From Vicugna vicugna (Eukaryota), in NCBI GenBank assembly GCA_013265495.1, contig MU058418.1:2689491-2753490 (forward strand): a DNA stretch of 64,000 nucleotides, given 5' to 3'. Position numbers and translations under genes: made by a program. The number at the start of each line of letters is the position of its first letter. Positions within the stretch are counted from its first letter, which is position 1. This document shows, piece by piece, positions 52,541-64,000 of this stretch. The notes under the pieces are model-generated. The model worked only from the letters and a program-made list of their open reading frames with translations, was not told the origin of the DNA and did no database searches.

Positions 52541-53756
52541 TTTCCTCTGATCCAATAACTGTGACCAGAGAGGCAGGGTACTGGAGATACTGCCCAGACA
52601 GTGAACTCTTAGGTCCAAGCAGGTTTCCCAGGAAAAGGCACATAGACAGAGCAGGCAAACCATTTGGGTTATTCACTACAATAGCTGAGTTCCATTGCTA
52701 GACCACTTTGGTCTGTGTGGAAGAGAAATACTAGGATACATGAAAAGATTTGGGGTAGACTGATATCTTAGACCATGCATCAGACTAAAAATTACAATTC
52801 AAGGGAAATCTAGGCTCTGAGTGGTGGAATTGTGGGTAACATGGCTGCAGGCCAGGTCAGCAGGTGCCCTGCCCAGATGGAATTCAATTGCTCTGCTAAT
52901 AAGTAAAGAAACATTGGTTACATTTTTTCAGGGATCTGGTTAACTCATTCCCTTTAGCTACTTAGGGCTGTGATTTATAGGCAGCAAAGTCACTTAGGAT
53001 AATAAAGCCCCCAGGCCTGGTGGCAAACTGCAGAGATTTTTCAAGAAGAAAGAGACCGTTTAAATATCTCCATCGGCTTTTCCTAAGTGAATGATACCCG
53101 GAGGAAACAGGCTTCAAATGTGTCTCCATCACTCACATCCTCAAGAAGAAAGATGAGAGGAATCAAGAAAAGAATACTGTAAGTGCTACATTCATTTCAA
53201 ATATCTGACAAGTTATGAGAGTCCTGGAGCAGGTTTCCCAGAACTACAACACCCAGAGGACACAGGTCCCACTATCATTTTCTTCCTTTTCTCTAAAAGC
53301 TCTTAGTGGGTTGAGAAAAAAAAATGGTTCAAATATCAATTAGTTTGAATGCATCTATTCAATAGAAGGAATAATATGTCACTTTTTAAATGGCCTTTCT
53401 TCTGTACAACCATGTCCTACTGGGCTATGGCCTTTTGGTTTAACTTCTTTTCTTCCTAAGTGAATAGAAGCCTAAATGTCTGTGCATAACCTCTCTTTGC
53501 TGAAGATGCATCGCGTCTGCAATGCCAGTGCCCTCAAAGCTGCCATGTCCCTCTGGGTCATAAGCACAGCAAGTCCAAGCGCAGCCACAAATGTCAGGCA
53601 CTTGGAAGCAGGGGTTTAAGGAAATCAGTTGTTCTCCATGTTCAGAAAAAGCTTTTAAATGGTCTGTAATAGAAAACAGGAAAGAAAAATAAAGTAGTCC
53701 ATTCTCACGCCTTAGCGTAGATCACCAAAGACTTCAAATTATAGAAACAGGAAATC

Positions 53757-54270
53757 CGTGGAAATAAAAAAATAACCAAATGAGAAAAGCAGTGGCTATT
53801 TATTCAGAGCTTGCTCTAGCATGGGAGTCAGGCACCGCCACTGCGAGGTAGGTAGCAGAGTGGGAAAGCTCTATAGTGACAAGAGAGTAGACTTCAGGTG
53901 TGCCCTGAACAGAGGTCTTGGCAAAGGGAAGCTGCAGGCAGGCTGTGAAGAAGCGGGGCTTCCTGTGCATATCTGGCTTTCTCTGGTTGGTCCTAAGTTG
54001 GAAACAGGACAAAAATTAGGGAAGCTGTCAGTTATTAATCAAGTACTGGCCATTTGGGGGACAGTAGTTCCAGAAATGTTGGTTCAGCTTTCTGGACTGT
54101 TACTAGAGATAGCAATTTATCTTCTTACAAACCTGACTTATAGCAAACTAGCTCCCTCGCTGGTTATTGGAAATAAGAGGTTGGTTTCTCAGGCAGGTTG
54201 CTGCAGACCATGGATCCGAGTTCTTTTATATAGAGTCTGACCATTGTCCATTTGTATAGTCAGTCTCTCA
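53757..54270 (-). mobile_element. MER67-like ERV1 solo LTR
   Basis: Minus strand begins TGAGAGACTGACTATACAAATGGACAATGGTCAGAC...CTGCAGCAACCTGCC...AAACCAACC, with AATAAA near 53798-53803 toward its 3' end. Confidence 0.7.
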
Positions 54271-55199
54271 TTTTTCAGTCGGGCAGCTGTCTCTGGGCAG
54301 CTGGCCTACAGCCAACAAGGTGGTTCCCAGTATTTCTGGAGAGCCATTTTGAGAGACAGCTCATTCCTACCACCTGACCAGGAGTACATAAGAACACATC
54401 TGCTGTGTGAGCACACCCCTCTTAGCTCAGCGCCCCAAGGTGGTGAGGCAGGAAAGGGAGGACAGTGGCTACAGCGGTGGTAGAGCCTCGTGAGGACAGA
54501 AGTGGAACAGCACTCATGACCCTCAGCCCCAGCCATTGGTTACAACTCTGTGGGTCATGAATAAATACTGATGCTGGGGCCCCACCCAACCCCCAAAGAT
54601 GTTAACTGAATAGAGCAAGGCTGGGCATCAGTCGTTTTTCAGAACTTCCCAGGTGACTAATGTGCTCCTGATCAAAATGAATAAACCTTTAAGAGACACT
54701 GAGAGTAAATATTTCGCAGTTAATGAAAATGAAATCAGGGCATGCCATGGCCACTTTCTCAAGAAACCTCCAATCTTTTGGTCTTGGAATGTTGGGCTTT
54801 AGAAATACACAATGCAGAGTTCAATTAAACTAGAGTAATTGCCTAGACCATTGCAAATAGGCAATAGGCATAGAGTGTGAACTTACCTACAAGAAATGAA
54901 AATGCTGCAGGATCTAACCTGCAGGCACAAGGAACAGCTGAGCACACTTAAAACTGCTGTAAAAATGACTGAGAAACTATTATGAGCAGCATTCTTCATT
55001 TTTATTTTTAACCTTTAAAAAATGTATTCCTCACTCTTCAAAATGCCATTTTATCATAACATAGTATTTCTCACAGATTGTGTGTAATGCATGCGTGTGT
55101 GTGTGCGCCGTGGGTGTGTATATGTGTCTATTTTGAGACTATCTGAGCTTGTACATTTCTCAAACACTTTAAACAGAATTCAAAACAATTACACTTAGG

Positions 55200-55265
55200 G
55201 CATAAAAACCAAAACCTCAAAAGAATCACAAACATACTCCACACACCTGGTATTCAATTTTTATT
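55200..55265 (-). terminator. Probable DDO polyadenylation signal with GU/U-rich downstream element
   Basis: AATAAA on the minus strand (plus-strand TTTATT 55260-55265), followed in transcript direction by GGTGTGTGGAGTATGTTTGTGATTCTTTTGAGGTTTTGGTTTTT. About 1.4 kb after the stop codon. Confidence 0.6.
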
Positions 55266-55317
55266 TCTAGTTGGTTCTGAATTTTCAAATTTAGCAATAT
55301 TTCTGAATTTGATACAA

Positions 55318-55336
55318 CACCACCCCCTGGTGGAAA
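55318..55336 (-). promoter_or_regulatory. CTCF-like motif
   Basis: Minus strand reads TTTCCACCAGGGGGTGGTG, close to the CTCF core CCACCAGGGGGCGC. Confidence 0.5.
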
Positions 55337-56643
55337 TCTATAGGAAAGAAACTACATTTGATTTAACTTGAGAACTTTAATACTGCAAGAGATGATTAAG
55401 ATCGTCAGGACACTGGCCTGCTCATTCTCTCTCCCTCTCTCTCCCTCTCCCGCTCCCTCCCCCTCTCTTCCTCTCTCCCAGGACAATAGTCTCTTCAAAC
55501 AAAATCATACACAAAAGCTCAATGAATGGAACAGCAAGAATGGAGCTGTGCTGGAGGCTTTCTCTTTCCCATTCTCTTTGCCAACACCATATCACAGGAT
55601 AGCTAAAATAGAACTTATCACTAAACATAAGCCATATCCCCCAAAATTAAAATTAGAATTGCATCTGTTTCTCCCAAGCTGCCTTACCTCAGTGAACAGC
55701 ATCTCCTTTACCATTCATTTGGCCAGAAACCCTCCTGATAGCATGCATGTACAGATTAAAGCCCAAGTCAAGAAACCAGATTAGATTTACTAATTCACCA
55801 ATCCCCAAACTATTTTATCATGAGACACATTCCACTCTTCCCCAATACTTTTTAACAACTTGCAGAAAACTCTGGTTATATTTCATTCAAAGTGATTGCT
55901 CTACCTTAATTAGCAAATTAGCTCGTTGGCTGCACATGCTGTTCAATCTTCAGAAATGCTTAGGCAAAGTCAACCATCCAACGAGCCAGCTCTCAATCAT
56001 TTGTGGTAATGGAAAGTGTGACCCTCGGGTGATTGACCCCAGACAGCAACTGAGTTGATGTCTCCTCTGTAGGCAACTTCATCCCTGTCTTCCACCATCA
56101 GTACCAGCTGAGGGGAGATAGAAGTTGCCACTAATACTAGCAGGAATCATGCTTTGTCCTCCACTAAATGGAATGAGCTTGAATTGCATGATCACCATAC
56201 AACTGTGAAAGAATTATAGTGCTCACTTGATTACAGCCTACGAGCATCATGGGCAGCTCTGCAATCGGGAGCAAGTTAAGTATTTCCATACATTATCTCC
56301 GCCTATGGATTTTTAAGCCTAAAACAAAAAGTCAAAATCCCTACATCCGTGTGAATTAGCATAGATCGTTGGACATGAAATCTAAAATAAATTTTATAGC
56401 AAGTATTTTTTTAACAAAAATAGAACTTTATGCCGTATATCATTAGTACTAGACTTTAGTACTAGATTAAATTAGTGCTAGTCCTAAGCCTACTCATACA
56501 TATCGCGTCATTTCTAATTTTGAAAATAAAGTCATATCTAATTAAACTTTCATTCATTGGAAAAGTTATTTGAAACTCTTCTGGTGCTTAAATTGTATTT
56601 TGATCAATAATTTCTGGGGCCATTTGCTGTTGTTTCACTTCAC

Positions 56644-57211
56644 CTACAGCTTTGATTTGGGAGCAGGCGTCCTGAGAGCTTGGGCACACTCGCTCACCAG
56701 CCTGGCGGCCTCCAGAGCAGTGCCCCAGTGCGTGGCGATGCCCCCACTCCCGTGGCCGTAGTGGTGGACCACAGGCAGCCTCCGGCCGTCCCGGACTAAG
56801 AGCTCTTTCTCCAGCCGCACGCCTGACCTGGAAGGCCTCAAGCCCACCTTCTCCCTTATGTCACAGGCCCCACGGAGAGAGGGCTCTAGGACACAGCATC
56901 GGGAAAAAATGTCTTTGCTAATTTCTGCATCTGGGGACAGATTCCAGTCTCCTTTTTGCCTAGTTCCACCCAGGGTTACATTGGAGATACCAGGGTAAAT
57001 ATATGTTAACCCACTCCCATCTCGGATAAAATGCTTCAGCCAGGGAGCCTGCACTTTGAGCACTTGGCCCCTCACAGGGAAAATCTTTGCATCTCCTGCA
57101 AGCTGCCTGCTTCCAAGGCCTGAACAGTTGACCACGATGTCGAAGGACGGGTGGAGCTCCCACAGGTCTTCTATTCGTTGGGTGAGAATCAGACCCCCGC
57201 TTCCTTTTACC
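56644..57211 (-). CDS. DDO: D-aspartate oxidase, terminal coding exon (approx. residues 153-341)
   Basis: Acceptor TCTCTTGTTCTCCCCAG|G at 57212/57211, then VKGSGG...FDIVVNCSGLGS...PVRGQV...HFIRDGSGLTYIYPG...GGTRQ...GLRP...VVHHYGHGSGG...PKSKL and TAG at 56646-56644. These are DAO-family FAD-oxidase motifs followed by a C-terminal PTS1. Confidence 0.97.
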
Positions 57212-57839
57212 CTGGGGAGAACAAGAGACCTTGAGGTGAGCCAGAGCAGCTTTCTGCTCAACCCCTTATAGGAGGTGACCGACAGGAACTTGGAAACGAA
57301 ACTGCAACCGTCCATTGAGCAAATACCTCCAGAGCTTCCAGGGCCCAAGCAAGCCAAATTCTAGCTGACTGCCTCATATCCTTGGAACCCAAGGATTCCT
57401 AAAGTTGAACCTAAATAAAAACCCATTTCAGACATTCAAAACAAAGAAAATTATACGCTTTGTCCTTTGTATGTTTAATGGAGTTCCTATGTCATTCTAG
57501 ATGCTAAATAGATACCAGGTTAACTTGGTATTTTAAATATCCAAGCATTTTTTGTTTATGTCATTTATTTAGCACTTAAATTTAGTGCCTTGGCTGTTTT
57601 GTCTCACGTTGTTAACTCTTGCGTGTTTTTTGCATGAGTCTGGTCTTCCTAATGAGATGGTTAGGACAGAGCTCACGTGCACCACCACCCCTTATGTCTA
57701 CCACAGGATGTTAGCATGTGACGAACACAAAATATTTGCAGCCAGCTGATGAGCTAAATAACAGTTGTGGTTCGTAGTGATTTTTTGGACCAAGTATATC
57801 AATAGTGAAAAGAAATGGCATATCCAGGTCCTGTGACCT

Positions 57840-58032
57840 TTTTTTTTAATAGTGGTAAAATATACATAACACAAAATTAACCATTTTGACCATTTTTAAG
57901 TGACCATTTTAAGTTCAATGGCATTAACTTTAATATATTCACATTATTGTGTGACCCCCACCATCATTCATCTCCAGAATGTTTTTCACCTTGCAAAACT
58001 GAAACTTTGCACCCATTAAAAAATAACTCCCA
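57840..58032 (-). mobile_element. Old L1MA/MB 3' tail in the DDO intron
   Basis: TTTTTTTAATAGTGGTAAAATATACATAACACAAAATTAACCATTTT...AAACTGAAACTTTGCACCCATTAAA. Confidence 0.75.
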
Positions 58033-58249
58033 GGTCTTCTAATCATATTCATAAGTCACTTGAAGAATTCAGGAGATGTAAATATGAGAAAGAGATTATA
58101 AGACTATCAGCAACTCCATTTAACAGATGCAGGTTGAATGCCTGTGTGCAAGGTACTGCTTAATGGGATAGGGCCCTTCCTCAAGACTGACAAAAAGGAG
58201 CTAGGAAACTGAAGTGGAAATACCTGGCAGAATGAAGGAAGCTCCAAAT

Positions 58250-58460
58250 GAGAGGTGATGTAGAATCAGCAAGCATGGGTTTAGATCCCAGTTGCCTCAT
58301 TTTAGCTCTGAGGTCTTGGCCAACTCACCTCACTTTTCTGACCCTCAGTTTCCTCATCTGGGTCATGAGGATGACACCTCCCTTGTCTGCTTCAGAGATG
58401 GCTGTGAAATTCAAATGAAATAATGGGCATGACGGTGCTTCACAAGATGTAAGCACACCA
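58250..58460 (+). mobile_element. MIR SINE
   Basis: CTCACTTTTCTGACCCTCAGTTTCCTCATCTG...TGTGAAATTCAAATGAAATAATG. Confidence 0.7.
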
Positions 58461-58622
58461 AATTCTTGGGGACTGACATCAATAAATTACAAATTTCTCA
58501 AGAGAAGAGACTATGTCTTATGCTTCTTACTATACCTATGACCCAACTCAGTATCCAGTACCGAGTGGCCCTGACATAAGTATGGCCAACACTGATGACA
58601 ATATGAAATCCTGATTTGGGTA

Positions 58623-59052
58623 TATGATGACTAATTCTATGTGCTGGCTTGTCTGGGCCATGGGGTACCCAGATATGTGGCCAAATATTATTCTGGGTGT
58701 TTCTGTGAGGGTATTTTTGACACAGTTAACATTTAAATTGGTAGACTGAGGAAAATAGATTACCCTCCTTAATGTGGATGGGCCTCACCCAACCCACTGA
58801 AGGCCTGACTAGAACAAAAAGGCTGACCCTCTTGCTGCCCAACTGCCTTCAAACCAGCACATTAGCTTTTTACTGTCTTCAAACTCAAACTACAGTATTG
58901 GCTCTCCTGGGTCTCCAGCTTGCCAACTCACCCTGCAGATCTTGGGGCTTGACAGCATCCATAATTGTGGGAACAGAGTCCTTATAATAAATCTTCATAT
59001 ATATGTTTTTTTTCTATTGGTCCTGTTTCTCTAGAGAACACTGACAGATACA
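58623..59052 (+). mobile_element. MLT2 (ERV-L) solo LTR
   Basis: CTGGGCCATGGGGTACCCAGATATGTGGCCAAATATTATTCTGGGTGTTTCTGTGAGGGT...GAAGGCCTGACTAGAACAAAAAGGCTG...CTATTGGTCCTGTTTCTCTAGAGAAC..ATACA matches MLT2B/D. Confidence 0.85.
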
Positions 59053-60499
59053 GAGGGGTAGGTACCACATTGACATCCTCTCTCCCCAACTGCTGCAATT
59101 CAAGCCTGTTCCAGGGAGACCCTGGGAAGAGCTGACACCAGAAGCTAAGGTAGAGTGCTTTTCCCCTACCTGCCCCTGAGAGAGCAGAAGCAGCCATGCC
59201 AGCAGTTCTGAGCACCATCTGACTTCAGTGCCAAATCAAGAGCAGTTTCATGCTGAAGGGGAGCATAAGAAAAGGCAGAAACTTCCAGAGCATAAATAAC
59301 AGGTGTCCAAGAAAGTGGTACACAATGGTGTGGTTTGACAGTTGATTTTATCTTAGCAAGGAAGAACACTTGGAAGTGATTTTAATTTTCCACAGCTACG
59401 TTCTGGTTGGAAAGTTCAGTTGAAACTTGTATTAAGATCAGCAGGAAGGTGCCTATCTTCCTACTCTGGTACCCGTTTCTAAAAAATGCTGCAAGTTGAT
59501 GAGAATGGAAGAAACCCATTGCTGCTTAACTGCATCATAGACCTGGACCCCAGTAGTTCAGTTTCCTATTCTGTAAAAGAGCAGCAGCGGATTGTGTCCT
59601 TGGCCCTCCCTCTTCTCCCTCCTCTGGCTGAAGGGTAAGCTTCTAGGGGTACAGGGGAGTAGCCTGACTACAGCCTCTCAGTCTCTGCATTCCACCCCCA
59701 GCCCCCGCCACCCTGTCTCTGAGATATCCCCTCCACCGAACAAGAACTGTTTGAAACCCCGAGATCAGAGACATTTTATTACTCAACAAACATCTTCTGA
59801 GGGCCTCTGCTGTGTGTGCCAAGCAGTGCCAGCCCAACAGAACTCAAAGGCTTCCCCTTGCTCTGAGAGCATGTGAACAGGTAGGACGTGTACTGTTACA
59901 CACAGGCTGTCACTTCAAGCAGCAATGCTCCAAATACCAGAACCTAAGTTCTAGGCGCTGGCACTTTTAATCTCTGCAATCTTGTTTGTTATTCAGAAAA
60001 TCCATAGAAGACAGTGTGCTGTTTACCTAAGACAAGAAAACCAAAGAAAAAAATCTACTCACCATTTCACCCAAAGCCAAAAGATTCCTTTTTGATATAA
60101 TTAAAAGTGATTAAAAGAAAGAGAACAAGGCTAGAGCCACTGTCTTGTTTGAACTTTTTCTAAGTAAAATAATTCATAGAAGTTAAAACCGTTTAATGCA
60201 GCACATTTTATGGTCACAGATTTTCAGCTCTCTTAGTGGAATAAACAATTTAGGAGCTTAAATTATGTTTTTTTAATATAAATAATTTTTAAAATAATAA
60301 AATACATAGTAAATTTTTAAATGGGATAATAGATGAGTGTTTTTCAAGGTAAAATAACTACGTAAAGTTATTTTTTTCCTAACACTCGCATAGAAAGAAG
60401 AGTAAATTGGAATTTTGTGGTAAAACTGACCACCTATAGCAGTGGTGTAATCTTTAAAATAGTGAATATGAAGACATTTAAAAACAGTGTGGGAGGGCC

Positions 60500-60675
60500 C
60501 TGCCTTTTACCAGTCCTATGACCGTAGTCAAGTGACTCAGTTTCCCTAAACTTTCATCTTCCATCCATAATTCGGAGATAATGATCCTGACCTCACAGGC
60601 TCCTTGTGAAAATGAAATGAGACAACATCTGGAAAAACCCTGGCACAGTGCATAACACATTGGGGTTTCTCAATT
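60500..60675 (+). mobile_element. MIR SINE fragment
   Basis: GACCTCACAGG...TTGTGAAAATGAAATGAGACAAC...CCTGGCACAG. Confidence 0.6.
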
Positions 60676-63600
60676 AAAAAATATATAACATAAAAAAGGA
60701 CTTAGAGGTATGTTATGCTACTGTAAAATGCAAGACCCTCTGTGTCAATTGCCTGCCCATGTACCACTTAGATTTAATTATGTTTTATAGCCTCTAAGCA
60801 TGACATTTGGATTTTGAAAAATATTTTTAATTTGTCATTATTTGAACATTATCTTCGCTTTGCTTTTCTCATAGATTATGGATTCGATGTATTTAATATT
60901 TAAACATGATGTTCTGTGTTCCAGCCAGTCTAATTAGAACTCAGAATCACTCTCCTAATTCAGAGAAATAAGGGAATTTACCAGCCCTGGGAGTTGAGTA
61001 CATGTGTTAAATTCACTGAACTTGTTTCCTCAACTATAACCCAGGGATAAGATGGCCAAGCTCACAGGGTTTTCATGATAATTATGTAAGAATTCCATAA
61101 ATGCAAATATCCTTGTTTTTCATTTCAAGGGAGTTCTGCTGGTGGAGCTACTGAAGAAAGTCCACTGCTTACCTAGCGACTTCTTAAATTATCATAGTGA
61201 TGGGCTGTTGGCTCCCTCCCAGGCTTCATACCCGGCCTTGTAGCCCAGGAGGAAACTTGCTGATTGTTCCCAGGGATCAGTCATCCCCAGTCATTATGGT
61301 ATATCCCACAGACAGTGCACCAGGATGGCACCGAGGCTTCAGAGAAAACCATGTCTGGAAGCTGGGTGACTAGGCGCCTATAAGGTTGCTTTTATGACCA
61401 CATCAGGTAGTTATTCTGGAGGTTTTGAGTGACGTGGGTGTAAGAAGCTTGGTGACTTTTTTTTTCTTGGACCCCCCGCAACCGAGCAAGACCTCATCCT
61501 GAACAGTGAGAATGCTGGTGCTCCAGCCTCCCTTGAGGAAATGAGGGGCGGGGTGACTCAAGAAGCTGTGCCCACTGAAGAGCCCCAGCCCGCTGCCCTC
61601 TGGTCATGAGCCTAAAACCCGAGAGTACCCACTTCCACCAAGCCTAAAAGTCCACCCTCTGCTGGACGGCATCAGCCTGACTGATAAACACAGGGGTGGT
61701 CGTCTTCAGTGTCTTTCCTTCAGCTCACTGGGACTTTCAGCAAAGGAGGGAGATTGAGCCCACTGCGCCCCTGAGAGGGCAGGGGCTCCACTGTGCACTT
61801 CTTTACACACACTCTACCTCCCAGGAGTAAAGGAGAGTCCCCTTTTCCCCTGCCTTCTCTGGGGACTGGAGGCAAGTCCTGCACCCTACGTCCCACCACC
61901 TGCCCCAGCCCGTGCCCTGTGAGAGAGGAATCCCAGGCGGCACTAAATGGAGAGCAGGGGGTTCTGGGATTCTGGTGTGGAGACCCCAGTAGGGGCTGGA
62001 GGCAAAGTGCAGGGAAAAACCATGTCTCAGGTGCAAAGGGAAAGGGCTGCTTTGACAGGAGCTGAAGGAGGAAGGGGGCGGATCTTGGAGTGGGAAGGCA
62101 GTGCAGAAAGGGGGAGCAGCGGAGCAGGGAGAGAACGAGGGGTGCAGCAGAGCCAAGATATTGTCGTGGAATCCACGTGCGCCTGGAATGCGCTGGCTGA
62201 AACTTAGACCCTTACTGTTTTGGGAACCTGATAAGTAGAAACCGGAAACAAACTCTTTTTGTCATTTGAAATGTCTAAGGGCCTTCCTTCTGGCCAAAGG
62301 TGGACATTTTAACACTCCATTGTTAACATTTTAACAGCTTGTAACTTTATTCTGGGAATATTATCCAAATAGGTCTCTGAGTTTCACAAATATAAAGCAA
62401 AAAACTCTCTTCTAAGCATGTGAAATGACTCCAGGGTAAGAAGGAAAAGTGACTGTCTGTGTCACTGAAGGCTGAGATGCTTCCCCGCAGACCAGACTGC
62501 TTTGGGAAAACCCATGTTTCAGCCAAGGAGAGTGGAGGGAGGAGGGGATGGCATGGTGCTGTTCCTCAGCTGGCTCCTCAGACTGGCTGGAATGTCCTCC
62601 AACAGAAGACAAGGGCCAGAGCCCCAGGGGACTGATTCTGGGAGAACTGGGGAGACCTGGGCCTGAGCAGGGCCGTGGTGGAGCCCAGGGGTCAGAGCTG
62701 GGGATCTGACCTCTCCCCCAACCTCTGCATGGAGCCCAGTTCCACTCTGACCCAAGGAAGGACCAGTGATTATGGAGACAGGATCTACAGTTTTAAGTTT
62801 GTAGGAATGAGGAAAACAGCTTTGAGTTTTTGTCTCACTGTGTGAGGAGATAAACAGAAAACCTAGGAAGCCATTTCTAAAGAGGTGGGGAGACGCAAGG
62901 ACGGCCAGGAGGGGATGGTGGTCAAGGACCTAGAGGGAGGCCTGGCTCTCCGAGATACTTGACATAAAGAATTTATTAGATGTAGTCGTATTGTTAGGTA
63001 TTATGCATGTAATATTAGACATAAGTCAATTTTAAAAATTAATCCTTGCTTTAAGCCTTAAGCATGACCCTTTATCAACAGCAATCAAAAAATTAACTGT
63101 TTTCTGTCTATTTTTCTGAAGACAAGGAGGGAAAAAAGAAGAAAACTAATTGAAAATCTCAGTTGCCAAATAAGGCTACACATGTAAATTCATGGGGGGA
63201 AATCCACCATTTATCCCTAATGACGCTTAACATAGCTATACCTCAAGTAGTTTATCATAGTCAGGATTCTGACATTATCTCATCTGATGACCGTATTGCT
63301 GACTCATTCCCTTGCAATGCATGTTCTAATAAGATGAACTGAATTCTATTTCCCACTTCTCAGAAGATCCACCTCTGCCTTGTCCACTCCACATACTCTT
63401 ATTAATCGGCCTAAGCCCTGCACAGGCCCAGAGCAGCTTTGAGGAAGGAGGTGTGAATGAGGCCCAGGGATGTACAATCTGTATTTCTGTCCAAATGCCA
63501 AAGGAGCCGCAGGAGTTTCATAGGCACTGCCATGAGTCCGGCCAAGCAGGGGAACAGAAGCTACAGGAGGCGGGAGACAGGGGCTCTCCCAGGGAAGGTG

Positions 63601-64000
63601 AGAAAGGACTCATTAGATGAGTGGGAAGGAGAGTTCAGGGAGAGAAGCCCAGTGAGGTCAGTGCAGTGGTCAGTGGGGGCCTTATCAGAGCCACAGAATA
63701 AGGCCTCCTGGAACGAAGGTAGGGCACCGAAGCTACAGGGCCTTCAGTGCTGAAACAGGACGCCCAACTCTCTGCATGTCACCCACGGCATGGCCGTCCT
63801 GGCCCAGCTGGGTGATTTATTTAGGTAGGATGCCTGGGAAGAGACAGGATCAGTTGACTTATTGCCTCTATGATTCATTTCCTGGAAGGGCAAGTACAAA
63901 GCAGCAGAATATGACTCCACTGGCCAAAGATATAAAACATGATCTGCCTGGTCGATTAAACTTCAGAGGATTTTGTTCGTTTGTTTGCTCTGGATGTTAT

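Noticed and set aside
53821..54240. 139 aa ORF
   Set aside because: Lies wholly within a MER67-like LTR on the opposite strand, with no protein family resemblance.
57212..57357. Upstream 48 codons of the 237 aa DDO ORF
   Set aside because: Intronic read-through with no DDO similarity, lying upstream of a clear polypyrimidine-CAG acceptor at 57212.
57512..57531. Near-perfect 20 bp palindrome ATACCAGGTTAACTTGGTAT
   Set aside because: Isolated, one mismatch, and compatible with chance in AT-rich intron.
57212..64000. Search for the preceding DDO exon (...PFWADVVLGFR...YLPWLEKR)
   Set aside because: Not found. It probably lies right of the window.
1..64000. CRISPR arrays, operons, rRNA or other prokaryote-type systems
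   Set aside because: The sequence is clearly mammalian intron/intergenic DNA, with no regularly spaced repeat-spacer array or dense gene packing.

Overview
Mammalian genomic DNA, very probably camelid because it carries a Vic-1-type tRNA-derived SINE. It covers the METTL24-DDO interval, with both genes on the minus strand. Only two coding exons can be supported: the first coding exon of METTL24 (32655-32972, in a CpG island, with over 32 kb of intron 1 running to the left edge) and the last exon of DDO, D-aspartate oxidase (56644-57211, ending in the peroxisomal signal SKL, with a likely poly(A) site near 55260). The rest is intronic or intergenic and repeat-rich: four 5'-truncated L1 copies with readable target-site duplications (one nested in another), an ERV1-like 3' fragment with its LTR, a decayed 3.8 kb ERV-L pol relic interrupted by a solo LTR, and many MER/MLT/MIR/L2 fossils. 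The most interesting non-genic signal is a solo LTR at 44777-45209 that has kept its CpGs plus YY1, CTCF-like, GC-box and TATA motifs. An inverted relative 860 bp away has lost them, which suggests an LTR-derived promoter whose transcript could fold back on itself. I found no evidence for a new multi-gene system. Repeat family names come from recalled consensus sequences and need RepeatMasker/Dfam confirmation.
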